The notes beneath the pieces were generated by a model, which did not search any database, was not told where the DNA came from, and saw nothing but the letters and a program-made list of their open reading frames with translations. This document shows, one piece after another, positions 46,261 to 46,972 of a stretch of DNA of 46,972 bases. Made by a program: the position numbers and the translations under genes. Position 1 is the first letter of the stretch; the number at the start of each line of letters is the position of its first letter. The stretch lies in NCBI GenBank assembly GCA_038872135.1, contig JAVZGN010000004.1, forward strand, positions 28,525 through 75,496, in the 5' to 3' direction. This DNA comes from Candidatus Hadarchaeales archaeon. Lineage in GTDB: Archaea > Hadarchaeota > Hadarchaeia > Hadarchaeales > Hadarchaeaceae.

Positions 46261-46972
46261 TCAGTACTCCCGCAGGTGGACTTAGATGGAGCCCTCAAGA
46301 GGACCCATAGCTGATCCTCTGTAATTATCAAAAACCAGAGATTCGCAGTTGATTTTGAGCTTGAGCCGGTCATTCAACAAGCTTTAATCAGCGGTGAATC
46401 TATCTATAACTGAGGTTTTGGTGCCTCGTTGCCGGATAAAGGAGAGCGCTATCCTGGTGATAGGGAGGCGTTCTCCTCATCCGGGCATACGAAGCTCTTC
46501 AGCATCGCTTTCTTGAATTCCCACTTGGTCAGCTTCTCTAAAGCATGCCTCATCGCTATCCAAGTGTTGTAGAGAAAAGCAGCGAGCCCATAGTAAATGC
46601 GCCTAATCTTCATGTCTCTTGTGGTGGTGCGGGCGAGGAAGTGCTTCAGCTCCCTGTTGTTTGTTTCAATGCGCCACCGCTTGCTGTAGAAGCTGGCAGC
46701 TGTTTTTGGGTCAAATTGGAGGTCGCTGATGAAAGCAAATGTCTGCATCCCGTCCTTAGTTTTCCTGCGCAGAAATGCTAGCCAGACCTTCACATCTCCT
46801 TTCCGCCCCTTCAGCCGGTATTCGATGGTGGCCAGAAGCTCTCCACTCTCAAAGGCCCTGCACGCCCGCTTGATGCCGGGCGTCCTCGGAGCTGGCATTA
46901 GAAAGTGGATTTTTCTCCATTTCAGGGCCAAAATGACCTCCGTAGAATAGAATCCACGATCAAGAAGGAGCA
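46261..46972 (-). mobile_element. ISH3-family insertion sequence, partial
   Basis: Transposase plus a candidate terminus TCAGTACTCCCGCAGG at 46261, resembling the (T)CAGTAC-type ends I recall for ISH3-group elements. The other end is not in the window. Confidence 0.55.
46449..46970 (-). CDS. ISH3-family (IS4 superfamily) DDE transposase, C-terminal part; runs off the window
   Basis: In-frame LLLDRGFYS at the window edge and YSKRWRIETNNRELK (Y-R-E-K signature), LYNTW. Confidence 0.85.
   Translation of the reverse strand, partial: LLLDRGFYSTEVILALKWRKIHFLMPAPRTPGIKRACRAFESGELLATIEYRLKGRKGDVKVWLAFLRRKTKDGMQTFAFISDLQFDPKTAASFYSKRWRIETNNRELKHFLARTTTRDMKIRRIYYGLAAFLYNTWIAMRHALEKLTKWEFKKAMLKSFVCPDEENASLSPG

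Noticed and set aside
1-46972. CRISPR array, rRNA, prophage or selenocysteine/pyrrolysine recoding
   Set aside because: I saw no regularly spaced repeats, rRNA-like stretches, viral hallmark genes or in-frame stops within conserved domains.

Overview
Archaeal chromosome segment, probably from an anaerobic thermophilic euryarchaeon. A Hadarchaeota-like lineage is only my guess from gene content. It is mostly core genes: a tetraether-lipid radical SAM gene (Tes-like, partial) and a Grs/Gms-like radical SAM gene, tRNA-related enzymes, and a nucleoside-catabolism group. The large ribosomal protein cluster (L3 to S8) is preceded almost without a gap by a complete acetylornithine-cycle arg operon (argGHCJBD) and breaks off after S8 into a zinc dehydrogenase. 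The rest holds an AbiE-type toxin-antitoxin pair, a DAP-type lysine operon, two degenerate PHP paralogs, tRNA-Ala(GGC), the L7Ae-S28e-L24e-ndk operon, a split glutamate-synthase cluster and a truncated ISH3-family IS. Four signals stand out. (1) A compact, hingeless SMC with Smc5/6-like head motifs is in an operon with a kleisin and a MAGE/Nse3-like KITE, and appears to share one bidirectional TATA box with an unknown protein and two pseudo-PHP genes. (2) The start-codon-fidelity factor aIF1/SUI1 appears to start at CUG, with two more probable near-cognate starts (CUG, AUC) at the locally common SD spacing. (3) A class-III aminotransferase lacking the Glu switch heads the DAP operon. (4) There is a K-turn-like leader on L7Ae. 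All family calls come from motif recognition by eye; no database searches were run.
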